Assembly (NCBI GenBank): GCA_030390025.1
Contig: CM059432.1
Location: 118,298,001-118,362,000 of the forward strand
Direction of reading: 5' to 3'
Origin: Squalus acanthias
Taxonomy: Eukaryota
DNA: 64,000 nt
Below the pieces are notes generated by a model that saw only the letters and a list, made by a program, of their open reading frames with translations, made no database searches and was not told the DNA's origin. The stretch's first letter is position 1. The number at the start of each line of letters is the position of its first letter. Positions 62,115 through 64,000 of this stretch are shown here, piece by piece. The position numbers were made by a program, and so were the translations under genes.

Positions 62115-63140
62115 TTAATATTTGTTCATGGAATGTGGGGCGTCGCTGGCAAGACCAGCATTTATTGCCCATCCCTAATTGCCCTTGAGAAGGTGGTGGT
62201 GAGCTGCCTTCTTGAACTGCTGCAGTCTGTGAGGTGAAGGTACTCCCACAGTGCTGTTAGGGAAGGAGTTCCAGGATTTTGACCAAGCGACAATGAAGGA
62301 ACAGCGATATATTTCAAAGTCAGGATGGTGTGTGACTTGGCGGGGAACTTGGAGGTGATGGTGTTCCCATGCGCTTGCTGCCCTTGTCCTTCTAGGTGGA
62401 AGAGGTCGCGGGTTTGGTAGGTGCTGCCGAAGAAGCCTTGGCGAGTTGCAGCAGTGCATCTTATAGATGGTGCACACTGCAGCCACGGTACGCCGGTGGT
62501 GGAGGGAGTGAATGTTTAAGGTGGTGGATGGAGTGCCAATCAAGTGGGCTGCTTTGTCCTGGATGGTGTTGAGCTTCTTGAGTGTTGTTTGAGCTGCACT
62601 CATCCACGCAACTGGAGAGTATGCCATCACACTCCTTACTTGTGCCTTGTAGATGGTGGAAAGACTTTGGGGAGTTAGGAGGTGAGACACTCGCCGCAGA
62701 ATACCCAGCCTCTGACCTGCTCTTGTAGACATAGTATTTATATGGCTGGTCAGTTAAGTTTCTGGTCAATGGTGACCCCCAGGATGTTGTTGGTGGGGGA
62801 TTCAGCGATTGTAATGCAGTTGAATGTCAAGGGGCGCTGGTTAGACTCTCCCTAGTTGAATATAAGTGAGAAGTCACACAACACCAGGTTATAGTCCAAC
62901 AGCTTTATTTGAAATCACAAGCTTTCGGAGCGCTGCTCCTTCGTCAGGTGACGAAGGAGCAGCGCTCCGAAAGCTTGTGATTTCAAATAAAGCTGTTGGA
63001 CTATAACCTGGTGTTGTGCGACTTCTCACTTTTGTCCACCCCAGTCCAACACCGGCATCTCCACATCATAGTTGAATATAGTCCTTGTCTGGCACGAATG
63101 TTACTTGCCACTTTTCAGCCCCAAGCCTGAATGCCGTTCA
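62115..63140 (-). mobile_element. CR1-group LINE 3' fragment (same family as 29081-31620)
   Basis: ORF 62175-62732 closely matches ORF 30759-31619. Confidence 0.8.
62865..63068. mobile_element. Palindromic Penelope-like terminal insertion with 12-bp TSD
   Basis: 82-bp inverted arms 62865-62946 / 62949-63030; TAGTTGAATATA at 62853-62864 and 63069-63080. Confidence 0.82.
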
Positions 63141-63874
63141 ATATAATTAAACACCCTCCAGATGCATCTCAGTATTTAATTAGCCTTGTGGATAAGAACT
63201 TCACATTGACTAAATACTTTCAGTGAATAGTTCCTAATCACATTTGACACTTTTTCCTTTTCTACCTTATCTAATGGGCACCCCCTAACTGCAGTTCCCA
63301 TTTTTCTGTTCCAACGTACATAATATTATATTTATCCATATTAAAACCTACATTTGATTCCTTAGCCTTTACACCTAATTGGTCCAGATTCTTCTAAATG
63401 CTGCCACTCTCCATCATGTTTGTTATCTTGCCTTGTAGGTTGGTGGCAGCAGCTGAACTTTTAATATGACTGCAAGTAACCTGCTCTCAGAACAGAGATA
63501 AGGACATGTACTAACACAGATTTGCTTGGCCTGATTGCTGAGCTTCTTTAAGTTCAACAGCAGACCTCAGACATGCGTTGAGGACAGAGCAGTTCTTCAC
63601 AAGGCCTCAATTGTAATTCAATGTAAACATTTCTGTGAGATAATGTCCTAACAGAAATAAGTGTGAAAACTCAAAGCTTGGAAATGCATCTCCCTCCTCA
63701 CCTCCATTGTAATGTGATCTTTCAGCAGCTGTCACTGACGAAGCACAGCCACAAATCTATTAAATTGATTTTACCACAAGATAGGACATAAAGAGCTAGC
63801 CTGATGGGTCAGTGGGTAAATGTAATCTGTGCGATAGCGTGCTAAGACTTACATACAAGTGTCGATCCAAGATA

Positions 63875-64000
63875 TGATGCGGAGATGCCGGTGTTGGACT
63901 GGGGTGGACAAAAATGAGAAGTCGCACAACACCAGGTTATAGTCCAACAGATTTATTTAAAATTACAAGCTTTCGGAGGTGTCGCCCCTTCGTCAGGTAA
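63875..64000 (-). mobile_element. Further copy of the same Penelope-like terminal repeat (cut by the window end)
   Basis: Matches 61559-61680. Confidence 0.75.

Overview
Repeat-dense vertebrate genomic DNA, most likely from a shark or other cartilaginous fish (inferred from HE1/V-SINE-like and SacSINE1/Deu-SINE-like elements and the CR1, L2 and Penelope families present). No host protein-coding exon could be supported. The dominant feature is a young, full-length 13.1-kb endogenous retrovirus on the minus strand (15948-29076). It has two 1654-bp LTRs differing at about 9 sites by eye, a 4-bp GACT target-site duplication, a PBS and a PPT. Its gag carries a CCHC knuckle and a PSAPPSY late domain and is joined to pol by an in-frame UGA-CUAG stop. 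Pol reads PR-RT-tether RH-RH-IN. The env looks like an F-type class I fusion protein, which fits a lokiretrovirus-like element, and it carries an apparent N-terminal immunoglobulin V-type domain. The rest is nested transposable elements: a near full-length CR1 LINE, CR1/L2 fragments, three two-gene PIF/Harbinger transposons (one with an intact transposase), Harbinger and Tc1/pogo MITEs, a solo LTR, SINEs, and Penelope-like ends carrying minimal hammerhead-ribozyme motifs, some as long hairpins. All family assignments come from motif recognition by eye, not database searches.
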